A DNA stretch of 64,000 bases from Leucoraja ocellata (taxonomy: Eukaryota): positions 248,001 to 312,000 of the forward strand of contig JAWMAR010000478.1 of NCBI GenBank assembly GCA_036785375.1, given 5' to 3'. The position numbers were made by a program, and so were the translations under genes. Under the pieces are notes generated by a model, which was not told the DNA's origin, searched no databases, and saw only the letters and a program-made list of their open reading frames with translations. Positions 1-12,764 of the stretch are shown here, in pieces; positions within the stretch are counted from its first letter, which is position 1, and each line of letters opens with the position of its first letter.

Positions 1-1674
1 TAGATGAGGCTCGCACCAGGGTCTCTGCTCTCTCTCCCCATCCCCCCACTCGCAACAAGGGCAGGAGCCTGAAGACTGCAACAACCAGGTTCAGGAATAG
101 CTACTTCCCCTCAGCCATCAGGCTATTAAACCTGGCTCGGACAAAACTCTGATTATTAACAACCACTTTCTGTTATTTGCACTTTACCAGTTATTTATTC
201 ATGTGTGTATATATTTAGATCAGGGTATATGGACATATTTATCTGTTTTGTAGTCAATGCCTACTATTTTCTGTGTGCTTAAGCAAAGCAAGAATTTCAT
301 TGTCCTATACAGGGACACATGACAATAAACTTACTTGAACTTGAACTTGAACTTGGAACTCATCCACTCCTCACTGACACCAGTTCCTGGGGGTTGTGAT
401 GGTCTGAGAAGGAGCAGCAGCATTTTCCCCATTCCCAGGCCCACGAGAGGTCATTTATCCAGCATCTTAGAAACATAGAAAATAGGTGCAGGAGGAGGCC
501 ATTCGGCCCTTCGAGCCAGCACCGCCATTCATTGTGAGCATGGCTGATCGCCCCCTATCAATAACACGTGCCTGCCTTCTCCCCATATCCCTTGACTCCA
601 CGAGCCACTAGAGCTCTCGCTTAAATCCATGAATCCTTTTACTGAATCTGGTGGTACGCTCTTTCAAGCTTTTGGATTTAATTTAGTTTAGTTTAGAGAT
701 ACAGAGCGGTTACAGGCCCTGCAGCCAACCGGATCGGCACCAACCAGCGATGCCCACACACTAACACTATCCTACACACATTAGGGAACATTTTTAAAAA
801 CATTTACACCAAGTCAATTTACCTACATACCTGTACATCTTTGGAGTGTGGGAGGAAACCGAAGATCTTGGAGAAAACCCATGCAGGTCACGGGGAGAAC
901 GTACAAAGTCCGTATTGTCAGCACCCGTAGTCGGGATCAGAGAAACATAGAAAACAGGTGCAGGAGGAGGCCCTTCGAACCAGCACCGCCATTCATTGTG
1001 ATAATGGCTGATCGTCCACTATCAATAACCCGTGCCTGCCTTCTCCCCATATTCCTTGACTCAACTAGCCCCTGGAGCTCTATCTAACTCTCTCTTAAAT
1101 CCATCCAGTGACTTGGCCTCCAATGCCCTCTGTGGCAGGGAATTCCACAAATTCACAACTCTCTGGGTGAAAAAGTTTTTTCTCACCTCAGTCTTAAATG
1201 GCCGACCCCTTTATTCTAAGACGGTGGCCCCTGGTTACGGACTCGGCCAACATTGGGAACATTTTTCCTGCATCTAGCTTGTCCAGTCCTTTTATGTTTT
1301 ATATGTTTCTATGAGATATCCCCTCATCCTTCCAAACTCCAGTGAATTCTGCCTGCTCTCCATGTCAAAGTTTCCTGGAGTCTCAGCTATGAGCCCCGTG
1401 TCCCAGACATGGTCTTGCCTCTTTCAGCAGCACTCCGGTCTCCCTTCCTGAGCTCAGACACCCACTTCGCCTCACATCACCTACTCTCACTTCTCCTTAC
1501 TTACACATCTACACCTCGACTAAACCCCCTGCCTCAACCAATTCAATTTCAATTACAGTAGCAATAGTCTTTATGGAGAAGATCAGTTGCTACCTGATAC
1601 ATTGGCATATCATAATCAGTAGCATCATCATACTCCATAGATTGTAACCAATAAGCAACTCTGTACACCAATCT

Positions 1675-2300
1675 GGACTACACTTCTCCCCACCCTGCTT
1701 CCTGTAAGGACTCCATCCCCTGCTCCCAATTCCTCACTCTACGCCGCCTCTGCTCCCAGGATGAGGTGTTCCACACCACGGCATCTAATTCTTCAGGGAA
1801 CGGGGGTTCCCCTCTTCCACCATAGATGAGGCTCGCACCAAGGTCTCTTCCATACCCCGCAACACTGCTCTCTCTCCCCATCTCTCCACTGGCAACAAGG
1901 GGAGAGTCCCCCTAGTCCTCACCTTTCACCCCACCAGCCGTCACATACAACAAGTAATCCTCCATCAGTTTTGCCACCTCCAATGTGACCCCACCACTCG
2001 CCACATCTTCCTATCTGCCCCCATATCTGCCTTCCGCAAAGACCGCTCCCTCCATAACTCCCTTGTCAATTCTTCCCTTCCCTCCCGTACCACCCCCTCC
2101 CCGGGCACTTTCCCTTGCAACTGCAAGAGATGCAACACTTGTCCCTTTACCTCCCCCCTCGACTCCATTCAAGGACCCAAGCAGTCGTTCCAGGTGCGAC
2201 AGAGGTTTACCTGCATCTCCTCCAACCTCATCTATTGCATCCGCTGCTCTAGATGTCGGCAGATCTATATCGGTGAGACCAAGCGGAGGTTGGGCGATCG
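1675..2300 (+). mobile_element. Penelope-like element fragment (GIY-YIG endonuclease); further remnants at about 9770-10080, 20560-20800, 42200-42440, 47560-47920
   Basis: FTCISSNLIYCIRCSRCRQIYIGETKRRLGDR at about 2206-2300. Confidence 0.85.
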
Positions 2301-2304
2301 ACCT

Positions 2305-2500
2305 CACTGACCTGGGTTTAAACCAACCGTTGGGCCGGTTGCTGCGGGCGCGGGTGCGCAGCGCGCGTGTCGGAGTCGGGGCCGCGCCCGCGGTCACATT
2401 CACGGCAGCGGAGCTCGCGTCCCGGCTACGGCGGGAAATGGAGCCTCAGGTACTGGCGGCAGGACCCGCGTTGATGCTCGGATTCCTCCTTCCCCATCTC
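2305..2500 (-). promoter_or_regulatory. CpG island, candidate first exon of a gene running off the left edge
   Basis: Very CpG-rich non-repeat patch with TTTCCCGCC on - and a possible donor CAG|GTCAGT near 2311. Confidence 0.4.
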
Positions 2501-2808
2501 CTCCTCTTCCCTCCCCCGTCTCTCCTCCCCCCGTTGCCCATTCCCCTCCCCCGTCTCCCCCCGTCTCCCTCCCATCTCCCGTTCCCCCGTCTCCCCTTCC
2601 CCCCGTCTCCCCCCTCAGTCTCCCCTTCCCCCCCCGTCTCCTCTTCCCCCCCATCTCCCCTTCCCCCCCGTCTCACCTCCCCCCCCCGTCTCCCGTCCCC
2701 CCCCCCGTCTCCCCTCCTCCCCCCCGTCTCCCCTCCTCCCCCCCGTCTCCCCATCCCCCCCGTTTATCCTCCCCCCCGTCTCCCCTTTCCCCCACCGTCT
2801 CCCCCACC
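2490..2808 (+). repeat. C-rich (CCCCGTCT)-type low-complexity tract
   Basis: Seen directly. Confidence 0.9.
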
Positions 2809-3007
2809 ATCCTCATCTTTGGACAACCTGTGCATGGGGGAGAGGGTAGGGCTGAAGATGTCCTGGTTGGGTTGCTCCTGGGCCTGGCCAAGCTGGCCAG
2901 CCTCGAGTCACTGGGTCAGGCAGAAGAGGGCTCTGCCCGAGCCAGCTGCCTGCTCCTTTTCCGGGGTTACGTCCGTGCCTGGGTGGTGTTAGAGAGGGAC
3001 TACGCAC

Positions 3008-5064
3008 CAAAGATCCTATAGCAAAGCAAGATAGACCACTCCTGCTAAATACAATGGGCTGACGTGTAGTACGCAACGGAACGGAACGTGGGCCTTTTTT
3101 TCATCCATTTCCGTAACCGGACCCGACCCGACCCGCAGTGTAATCAACGCTGCGGAGGAACAGTTTGTGTTAATATATTAAAATTCTGAAAATGAGAAGA
3201 AGTTTTTTACCAACTAACTTTTATTTTTACGAGGATGTTTCCGTAACCGGCTTCCGTCTTCGCACTATTATACTATGGGATCTGTGGTGCGGAGACGGAA
3301 GCCGGTTATGGGAATGGGGCCTTAAATTACCCATGAATCTGCCCATGACCATACTATGTCAAAGGAGTTGGAAGAATTGAGTGAAATCCAGGTTAGCCGG
3401 GAAGTGGTGTTGGGTAAATTGAATGGATTAAAGGCCGATAAATCCCCAGGGCCAGATAGGTTGCATCCCAGAGTACTTAAGGAAGTAGCTCCAGAAATAG
3501 TGGATGCATTAGTAATAATCTTTCAAAACTCTTTTGATTCTGGAGTAGTTCCTGAGGATTGGCAGGTAGCAAACGCAACTCCACTTTTTAAGAAGGGAGG
3601 GAGAGAGAAAACGGGGAATTACAGACCAGTTAGTCTAACATCGGTAGTGGGGAAACTGCTAGGGTCAGTTATTAAAGATGGGATAGCAGCACATTTGGAA
3701 AGTGGTGAAATCATTGGACAAAGTCAGCATGGATTTACGAAAGGTAAATCATGTCTGACGAATCTTATAGAATTTTTCTAGGATGTAACTAGTAGCGTGG
3801 ATAGGGGAGAACCAGTGGATGTGGTGTATCTGGACTTCCAGAAGGCTTTCGACAAGGTCCCACATAAGAGATTCGTATACAAACTTAAAGCACACGGCAT
3901 TGGGGGTTCAGTATTGATCTTGATAGAGAACTGGCTGGCAAACAGGAAGCAAAGAGTAGGAGTAAACAGGTCCTTTTCGCAATGGCAGGCAGTGACTAGT
4001 GGGGTACCGTAAGGCTCAGTGCTGGGACACCAGCTATTTACAATATATATTAATGATCTGGATGAGGGAATTGAAGGCAATATCTCCAAGTTTGCGGATG
4101 ACACTAAGCTGGGGGGCAGTGTTAGCTGTGAGGAGGATGCTAGGAGACTGTAAGGTGACTTGAATAGGCTGGGTGAGTGGGCAAATGTTTGGCAGATGCA
4201 GTATAATGTGGATACATGTGAGGTTATCCATTTAGGTGGCAAAAACAAGAAAGCAGACTATTATCTCAATGGTGGCCGACTAGGAAAAGGGGAGATACAG
4301 CGAGACCTGTGTGTCATGGTACACCAGTCATTGAAAGTAGGCATGCAGGTGCAGCAGGCAGTGAAGAAAGCGAATGATATGTTAGCTTTCATAGCAAAAG
4401 GATTTGAGTATAGGAGCAGGGAGGTTCTACTGCAGTTGTACAGGGTCTTGGTGAGACCACACCTGGAGTATTGCGTACAGTTTTGGTCTCCAAATCTGAG
4501 GAAGGACATTATTGCCATAGAGGGAGTGCAGAGAAGGTTCACCAGACTAATTCCTGGGATGTCAGGACTGTCTTATGAAGAAAGACTGGATAGACTTGGT
4601 TTATACTCTTTCGAATTTAGGAGATTGAGAGGGGATCTTACAGAAACCTACAAAATTCTTAAGAGGTTGGACAGGCTAGATGCAGGAAGATTGCTCCCGA
4701 TGTTGGGGAAGTCCAGGACAAGGGGTCACAGCTTAAGGATAAGGGGGAAATCCTTTAAAACCGAGATGAGAAGAACTTTTTTCACACAGAGAGTGGTGAA
4801 TCTCTGGAACTCTCTGCCACGAAGGGTAGTTGAGGCCAGTTCATTGGCTATATTTAAGAGGGAGTTAGATGTGGCCCTTGTGGCTAAGGGGATCAGTGGG
4901 TATGGAGAGAAGGCAGGAACGGGATACTGAGTTGGATGATCAGCCATGATCATATTGAATGGCGGTGCAGGCTCGAAGGGCCGAATGGCCTACTCCTGCA
5001 CCTAATTTCTATGTTTCTATGTCTTTAGGTCGAGTGGACGATCTTGCTCGCGGTTGGATCTTTG
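3008..5064. mobile_element. Non-autonomous DNA transposon (MITE, about 395 bp) with a nested CR1
   Basis: About 33-bp TIRs CAAAGATCCTATAGC..GCAAGAT..CCACTC; 8-bp TSD CTACGCAC/CTACACAC. Confidence 0.8.
3361..5023 (+). mobile_element. 5'-truncated CR1 LINE with in-frame stops
   Basis: KSPGPD, NYRPVSLTS, FADD motifs and the CR1 3' UTR and tail; absent from the paralogous site near 60070. Confidence 0.93.
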
Positions 5065-6265
5065 CTACACACTGTCCACGGGCAACCTGGGGGATTTGCC
5101 GCTCCGTTGGGCACCGCGGGGGGTGGAATGCATCCTTGACAAGGATTGTAACATAGTTGTATAGTCGTTTATTTAGTATATTTGTTGGTCTTGTATTATG
5201 GGGGTGGGATCTGGTTTGTTTCATTTCATTTTCCAAATCCTCTGCAGAAAACATGTAATGACATAAAAATAGTATCAGGATTAATCTTGCACCTGCTCCA
5301 CTATTAGATGACCATGACTAATTAGATTTAGTTTAGTGTAGTTTAGAGACACAGCGCGGAAACAGGACCTTTGGCCCATCGAGTCAGCGCCGACCAGCGA
5401 TCCCCGCACACTACACACACCCAGTCAAGTCAAGTCAAGTCACTTTTATTTCTATAGTACATTTAAAAAACATCTCTCGTTGACCAAAGTGCTTTACATT
5501 GGTGGAGGTACTAACGTTATACAACAGTGGTTCATAGATTAAGTACATACATAAATACATACATATAGCCCTCCCTCAGAGGACGACAAGAAAGGCTTGA
5601 GAGTAAAGATGAGTTTTAACTCGACTTAAAAGAGTCGATGGAGGGGGCAGTTCTGATGGGAAGGGGGATGCTGTTCCACAGTCACGGAGCTGCAACCGCA
5701 AAGGCACGGTGGCCCCTGAGCTTATGCCTAGACCGCAGGATGTTCAGTAACCCCAAGTCTGCCGATCTGTGGGACCTGGAGGTGGTGTGGTGGGTAAGCA
5801 GGGACAATGTACATTTACAGCAAGCCAATCAACCTACAAACCAGCCCATCTGTGGGGTGTGGGAGGAAACCGAAGATCCCGGAGAAAACCCACGCAGTTC
5901 ACGGGGAGGACGTATAAACTCCGCACAGACAGCACCTGTAGTCAGGATCGAACCCGGGTCTCTGGCGCTGTGAGGCAGCAACTCTACCGCTGCGCCACTG
6001 TGCCGCCCTTTGTCAGATTTCCAGCGTCTGCATTTCATTATTATTATTACTCACCAATGCCACACAGAGAGCTGCTTGCTATGAAACTTGTTATAGAACA
6101 TGGTGCTACAAGAGCAAGAGCTTCAGAATAGCATTAGCAACAATCCCACAGGATTCTCAAAATATATATTTAATACCTACGAGTGGATTTTGTAACTGCA
6201 GGTAAAGACTGTTTAACAGACTATCATTTGATAGAAGCAATTATTGTCAATGTTAATAGTTACCC

Positions 6266-8890
6266 CAATAAAATCGCTGAAAAATGGTAAGACACCGGGA
6301 CCAGATGGTTTTAATAATTAATTTTATAAAAAATTTCAAGAGATAATGACCCCTTATTTATTTAATTTATACTCCCATGCTTTTAAAGAAAATAAATTAC
6401 CTGAAACACTAACAGAATCAATTATTACGCTTATTGCAAAAAAAAGATAAAGATTTAGAAGATCCGGGCTCGTACAGAGCTATATCACTTTTAAATACAG
6501 ATCAGAAAATTTTAGCAAAGATTTTAGCAAGAAGATTAAGCAAATATATTAGTAAATTGATAAACCCTGATCAAACGGGGTTTATGCCTAAAAGATACTC
6601 ATTTAATAATCTGAGACGCCTGTTTAATATAATGTACTTCCATAAAGTAGAGGAAGAAGATATATCAATTATTTCTTTGGATGCAGAGAAAGCATTTGAT
6701 CAGGTAGAGTGGCAATACTTATATAAAGTACTACAAAAATTTAATATGGGAATTTTATAACATGGGTAAAATTATTATATGATAAACCGATGGCAAGAAT
6801 TTTAACCAATAACATGTTATCTCAAAAATTTCAACTATCAAGGGGTAATAGGCAGGGATGTGCACTATCACCCCTGCTATTTGCCCTTATGATAGAACCC
6901 CTGGCTGAAAGTATAAGAATTCATCCGAATATTCAGGGCTATAATACCAGGGATGCATAGAATAAAATCTCATTATATGCAGACGATATACTTTTATACA
7001 TTACAAAGTCACAAACAAGCATACCAAATTTATTAAACTTAATAGAGGAATTTGGGTCTTTTTCTGGATATAGAATAAACTGGAACAAAAGTGAGATCAT
7101 GACATTAAAACCTCAAGAACCTACACACTTATTGAAGTTCCCCTTTAAAATCGCAACAGAAAAATTTAAATATTTGGGTATTCAGATTACTAGAAAATAT
7201 AAAGCATTATTCAACGCTAATTTCATACCTTTATTAAATAAACTTAATACGCTGATTAAATTTTGGAAAACACTTCCCTTATCATTATTAGGTAGAATAA
7301 ATGCAATAAAAATGATCTTCCTACCACAATTACTATATCTATTTCAGTCTATACCGGTATATATACCAAAATATTTTTAAAAAAAAATTAGACTCTAACA
7401 TTACAAATTCTATTTGGGACTATAGATCACATAGAATCACAAAAAACACTTATGTAAACCAAAAGAGGTCGGGGGACTTTCACTTCCGAAATTCACTTCC
7501 GAATTTTATGTATTATTACTGGGCCGTGCATATTAAGAATATGATTTATTGGTTGGATAGTTCTACCCAACAGACAGAATGGATAAAAATGGAGAAGGAG
7601 GATTGCCATCCTTGTAATATAGGAACGATCCTCTTTTCCCCCAAAAAACTGAATAACACAATATATAAGAAGAACCCAATTATATATGGTACAATAAGAA
7701 TTTGGAAACAAATAAAATTATCTTTGAAATTAAGAAATCTATCACTGTTAATGCCAATAGCAAATAACCCTTTATTTAAACTATCTCTTATTGATAAGAC
7801 ATATAACCAATGGGAAAGACTCGGAATTAGAAGGATCAGGGATATGTACGAAATGGGAAACCTACTATCATTCCAACAACTACAATTAAAATTTAAATTG
7901 AAAAACAACCAATATTTTAAATATCTTCAGATTTGCGACTTTGTGAAAAAATATATACAAGGATATCAAAAAGTAACTCCTGACTTATTGGAAGAAGCAA
8001 TGAATATTGAAGCTGACTCACAAAAATGAATATCATATTTATATAATAGTATTCTAAATATAGACCTACCATCGACAGAGGTACTTAGAGAAGAGTGGGA
8101 ACGGGATCTAATGATAAAAATTTCTAAGGTTAAATGGGAAAAATACCTGATATATATTCACAAATGTTCAATTAATGTAAGACATAATCTAATTCAATTT
8201 AAAATTGTACATAGATTATATTATTCAAAAACAAGATTGAACAAATTTTACCCAAATATATCCGCCACTTGTGATAAATGTCTAGCCCAAAAGGCAACTA
8301 TAACACACTCCTTAGTTTCCTGCATAAAACTTTATAGATTTTGGAATGATATTTTTGAAATATTTACAAAATTATTCAAGACAAGAATGGAACCTAATAC
8401 TGAAATGATTATATTTGGTGTAATGGAAGATGGGAATAAATTGAACACATCTCAAAATCTATTCCTTAACTATGGTTTAATAATAGCAAAAAAATGAATA
8501 CTTAAATTTTGCAAGTGTACATCAATACCAACGCTTAAAATGTGGATTGCAAGTATGTTGGACACCGCTCATTTTGAGGAAATGCGATTCCTCCTAATGG
8601 ATAAATCAGACCAATTCATAACGAGTTGGTCTCCATTCGTTGTTTTTTTGGAATCATATGGTGCAACACAATTGTAAAAAATAACTGTTTCAGGACTGGA
8701 CGAGGGTTGGTCAAGATTATAAATAATGATCTCCTTTTCTTTTTTATTTTCTTTTCTTTTCTCTATTTTCTCTCTCAACTTTCTTCATTTACTCGTTTTC
8801 ATTCTTCACACGCTATATATTTCACATCTTTCTATCCTTTACTATCTAACTTCTTTTTCTTATTCTATTCTTAAAAAAAAAAAAAAAAAA
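6266..8890 (+). mobile_element. 5'-truncated L1 LINE (ORF2 RT to C-terminus), AT-rich, degenerate
   Basis: YRAISLLNTD, LDAEKAFD, RQGCALSP, LYADD, CDKC..H..C; poly(A) at about 8873-8890; imperfect 13-bp TSD 6253-6265/8891-8903. Confidence 0.92.
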
Positions 8891-9149
8891 TCAATATTTA
8901 CCCGCGGAACAGTCTGGGTTCTAAAGAAACAGAGGCTTTTTTAAAGAGATACAGCGGGGAAACAGGCTCTTCAGCCCACCAAGTCCGCACCGACCATCGC
9001 ACATCCGTTCACACACTAGTTCTATGTTATCCCACTATTTAATCTACAGAGGGTTAATTAATCTATGAAACCCAAGGTAGTTAAGGCTGGTGCAGCGCTT
9101 TCTCCCCATCGCCTCTCCCTCCTCACCACCCCTCCCTCCATCCTCCCAC

Positions 9150-9341
9150 CTACCACTTCCGCTGCTTGGACTGGAACCAGAGCTCCGCGTATTCCACCCC
9201 CTCGCCACTGTGCCCGGTGGCTCCGCTGCTCAGCACCTCCTGCAGGTTGGCGTACACGACTGCTTGCTCTTCCCCCTCTCCCGATTCCCCTCCTTCTTTC
9301 CGCTCCACTGGGGCCGGCCCGTTCTCTCCACTCCCCGCGCT
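9150..9341 (-). CDS. Paralogous Siglec-like terminal ITIM exon (VVYANL, VEYAEL)
   Basis: Reverse complement of 57364-57543 with an in-frame 12-nt addition (ERKE); intact acceptor and TAG. Confidence 0.85.
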   Translation of the reverse strand, partial: SAGSGENGPAPVERKEGGESGEGEEQAVVYANLQEVLSSGATGHSGEGVEYAELWFQSKQRKW

Positions 9342-10627
9342 CTGGAAGGAAAGGGAAGCAGACGGGCAGTTGTGGGTTTAGTACAGAGCAGTGTGGCCCG
9401 GCATTTAATACCATCAGTGAGAAGGTTCACAACTCCTGTACTCCCACAGACCCAGGTTCAGCCATGTTGTTGATGTTCTCCTCTCACACACTCTCGCTCT
9501 CCTTCTCTCTCCGCCTCTCTCACTTTCTCTCCCTCTCCCTCTCCCTCTCACTTGCAGTTTCACACTTTCTCTCTCCCCCTTTCTCCCTCTCCTCTTTCTC
9601 TTACTCGCTCACACTCAGGCACTGTGTCTCTCACACTCGCAGTTTCACCCACTCTCTCTCTCTCTCTCTCTCGCCCCGTCTCCCCCTCTCTCCAACTTTC
9701 TCTCTCTCTCTCACACCCACTCTCACACTCACACTCTCACATAGTTAGATAAATCAATATTCATACCCCAGGTTGCTAAATACTTTAATTCCCCTTCCCA
9801 CACTGACCTTTCTGTCCTCGGTCGCCTCCATTGACAGAGTGAGGCTAAACACAAATTGGAGGACCAGCATCACATATTCCGTTTGGGCAGCTTACAGCCC
9901 AGTGATATGAACATTGATTTCCCTCACTTGAGGTAGCCCTGTATTCCCTCTCTCTCCATCCCTCGCCCACCCAAGTTGCACCAGCTTCTCGTTTTCACCC
10001 AACAAACCACTAACAGTGGCCTGTTTCCTTTATCATCGTTACTTTGTTTACATCTATTTTTCATTCATTGTTCTTTATCTCTCTCTACATCATCATCTAT
10101 ATAGAGTCATACATCGTGGAAACAGGCCCTTCTGCCCAACTTGCCCACACCGGCCAACATGGCCCAGCTATACTGGTCCCACCTGCCTGCGTTTGGTCCA
10201 TGTACCTTTCTGTTTCTTAAACGTTGGGATAGTCCCAGCCTCAACTACCTCCTCCAGCAGCTCGTTCCATACACGCACCACCCTTTGTGTCAAAAAGTTA
10301 CCCCTCAGATTTTTTCCCCTTCACCTTGAACCTATGTCCTCTGGTCCTCGATTCCCCTACTCTGGGCAAGAGACTGTGCATGTACCCAATCTATTCCTCT
10401 CATGATTTTATACACCTCTATAAGATCACCCCTCATCCCCCTGCACTCCAAGGAATAGAGTCCCAGCCTCCTCAACCTCTCCCTGTGGCTCAGGCCCCTC
10501 GAGTCTCGACCGAAACGTCACCTGTTCCTTCTCTCCAGAGATTCTGCCTGTTCCACTGAGTTACTCCAGCTTTTTGTACCCACTTTTGTATCATCTGTAG
10601 TTGAGATTAAATACAAAGTTCCACTAC

Positions 10628-10694
10628 CTGATTGGTGGCAGATTGTGGGCAGTAGATCACATTGGTGTCTTGGTTTCCTGAAGCATCTTCCCTC
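10628..10694 (-). CDS. Paralogous Siglec-like cytoplasmic exon (REDASGNQDTNVIYCPQSATNQ)
   Basis: Inverted copy of 55968-56034 with both splice sites conserved. Confidence 0.7.
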
Positions 10695-11617
10695 CTGCAG
10701 CAACAGAAGATCACACCAAGTTTACAGCACATCAGCAAAGTCCAAGTACAAAGTTGCAGTTGTATTAGACGTTGGTCATAAAGTCGTGAAGTCATTAATG
10801 ATAGGAGCAGAATGAAGTCATTCGGCCCATCAAGTCTACTCTGCCATTCAATCATGGCTGATCTAACTCTTCCTCCTAATCCCATTCTCCTGCCTTTTTC
10901 CCCATAACCCCTGACACCCGTACTGATCAATAACCTATCTATCTCTGCCTTAAACATATTGATTGGCTTGGCCTCCACAGCCTTCTGTGGCAAAGAATTA
11001 CACAGATTCACCACCCTCTGACTGAAGAAACACCTACTCTGCTTCCTAAAGGTAGTCCTTTAATTCTAAGGCTGTGGCCTCTGGTCCTAAACTCACTCTC
11101 CCACTAGTGGAAACATCCTCTCCACATCCAATCTATCCAGGCCATTCACTATTCATTAAATATCAATGAGGTCTCCCCTCATCCTTCTGAACTCCAGCTA
11201 GTACAGGCACAGGAAGTGTCAAACACTCATCATATGTTAATAATTCTCGTAAACATCCTTTGGACCCTCTCCCGAGCCAGCACATTCTCCCTCAGATATG
11301 GGGCCCAAAATGGCTCACAACAGTCTAAAGGCCATCTGTCGCTGGCTCTGATTTGTTCTGACTTTCTCAACCTTTCAGTATGAAGAAGGTCCCGACCCGA
11401 AATGTCACCTATTCCTGAATCCCCAGAGATGCTGCCTGACCTGCTGAGTTACTCCAGCACTTTGTACCTGTCCATGTTCTCCAGAGATGCTGCCTGACCC
11501 GCTGAGTTACTCCAGCATTTTGTGTCTCTGAACAGGAGTTAGCCTGGCAGAAGCAGTCATAAGCAGGTGACAAAGAGATGGATTTGGAAGTAAAAATGTG
11601 GATTTATTTAAACTTAC

Positions 11618-11731
11618 CGCAGTATATACTTGTAGATGATGAATCCAGCTAGCACAGCCATCAGTATTATCCCTGCTGTAAGCAAAACTGCCTTCCAAAT
11701 ACTGAAGCCTACCAAAACTGCCTACCAAATA
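11618..11731 (-). CDS. Transmembrane exon (IWKAVLLTAGIILMAVLAGFIIYKYILR) of the minus-strand Siglec-like tail
   Basis: About 20 hydrophobic residues followed by basic residues; phase-2 donor CG|GTAAGT splices in frame to 10694. The 5' boundary is ambiguous because of a local duplication. Confidence 0.75.
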
Positions 11732-12764
11732 CTGTAAAAACAAGAGGTGTGTTTTCAGTTTTTACAGTTTAATTTATTGTCACGTGTAACGAGGTACAGT
11801 GAAAAGCTTTTGTGTCGTGCTATCCAGTCAGCGGAAAGGCAATACATGATTACAATCGAGCTGTCCACAGTGTACAGATACAGAACAAAGGGAATAACGT
11901 TTAGTGCAAGGTAAAGCCAGCAAAGTCCGATCAAAGATAGTCCGAGGGTCACCAATGAGGTAGATAGTAGTTCAGGACTGCTCCCTAATTGTGGTAGAAT
12001 GGCCTGATAACAGCTGGGAAGAAACTGTCCCTGAATCTGGAGATGTGCGTTTTCACACCAGTTCCCTTATCATGTATCTAAATACTGTAAACAGCTTGAT
12101 TGTAATCATGTATGGTCTGTACACTGACTGGTTAGCACACAACAAAAGCTTTTCACTGTAGCTGGGTAAACATGACAATAAACTAAACTGTAACGTAGTC
12201 TTATAATAGTGTATAAATCATGAGAGGATTAGATCGGGTAGATGCACAGAGTCTCTTGCCCAGAGTAGGGGAATCGAACATCAGAAAACATAGGTTTAAG
12301 GTGAGGGGGAAAAGATTTAATAAGAATCTAAGGGGAAACTTTTCCACACAGTGGGTGGTGGGTGTATGGATTGTGCTGCCAGAGGCCGTTGAGGCAGAGA
12401 CTATCCCAACATTTACAAAACAGTTATACAGGTACATGGATAGGACTGGTTTGCAGGGATATGAACCAAGCAGAGGCAGGTGGGACTAGTGTCACTGGGG
12501 CATGTTGGCTGGTGTGGACAAGTTGGGCCAAAGGACCTGTTTCCACAATGTATCACTATAACACTATGAGAGGATGTTCACACGGATATGGGCCTGTTTT
12601 CATGCGATGTCACTATGACTCAATGATATCTTGCCTGCCGCAGATGTTAGTTTCTAGTTGTTGTGCAAGACGTTGGTGTGACCGCATTTGAGATATTGCG
12701 TCCAGTTTTAGTCACACTGCTCTAGGAAGGAAGCTGGAAAGAGTGCAGAGAAGATTCATGACAA

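Larger units (their letters stand above)
2807..10863. repeat. Left arm of a large inverted duplication (partner 55800-60620)
   Basis: Colinear reverse-complement match across unique and repeat sequence, apart from the CR1 and L1 insertions and a roughly 1-kb indel. Confidence 0.93.

Noticed and set aside
1985-2992. 335-aa proline-rich ORF
   Set aside because: Read-through of an off-frame Penelope fragment, a CpG island, a C-rich tract and a Tx1 end; a low-complexity artefact
9065-9748. 227-aa ORF, mirrored at 57065-57628
   Set aside because: Antisense to the ITIM exon plus a CT microsatellite; its recurrence is explained by the duplication
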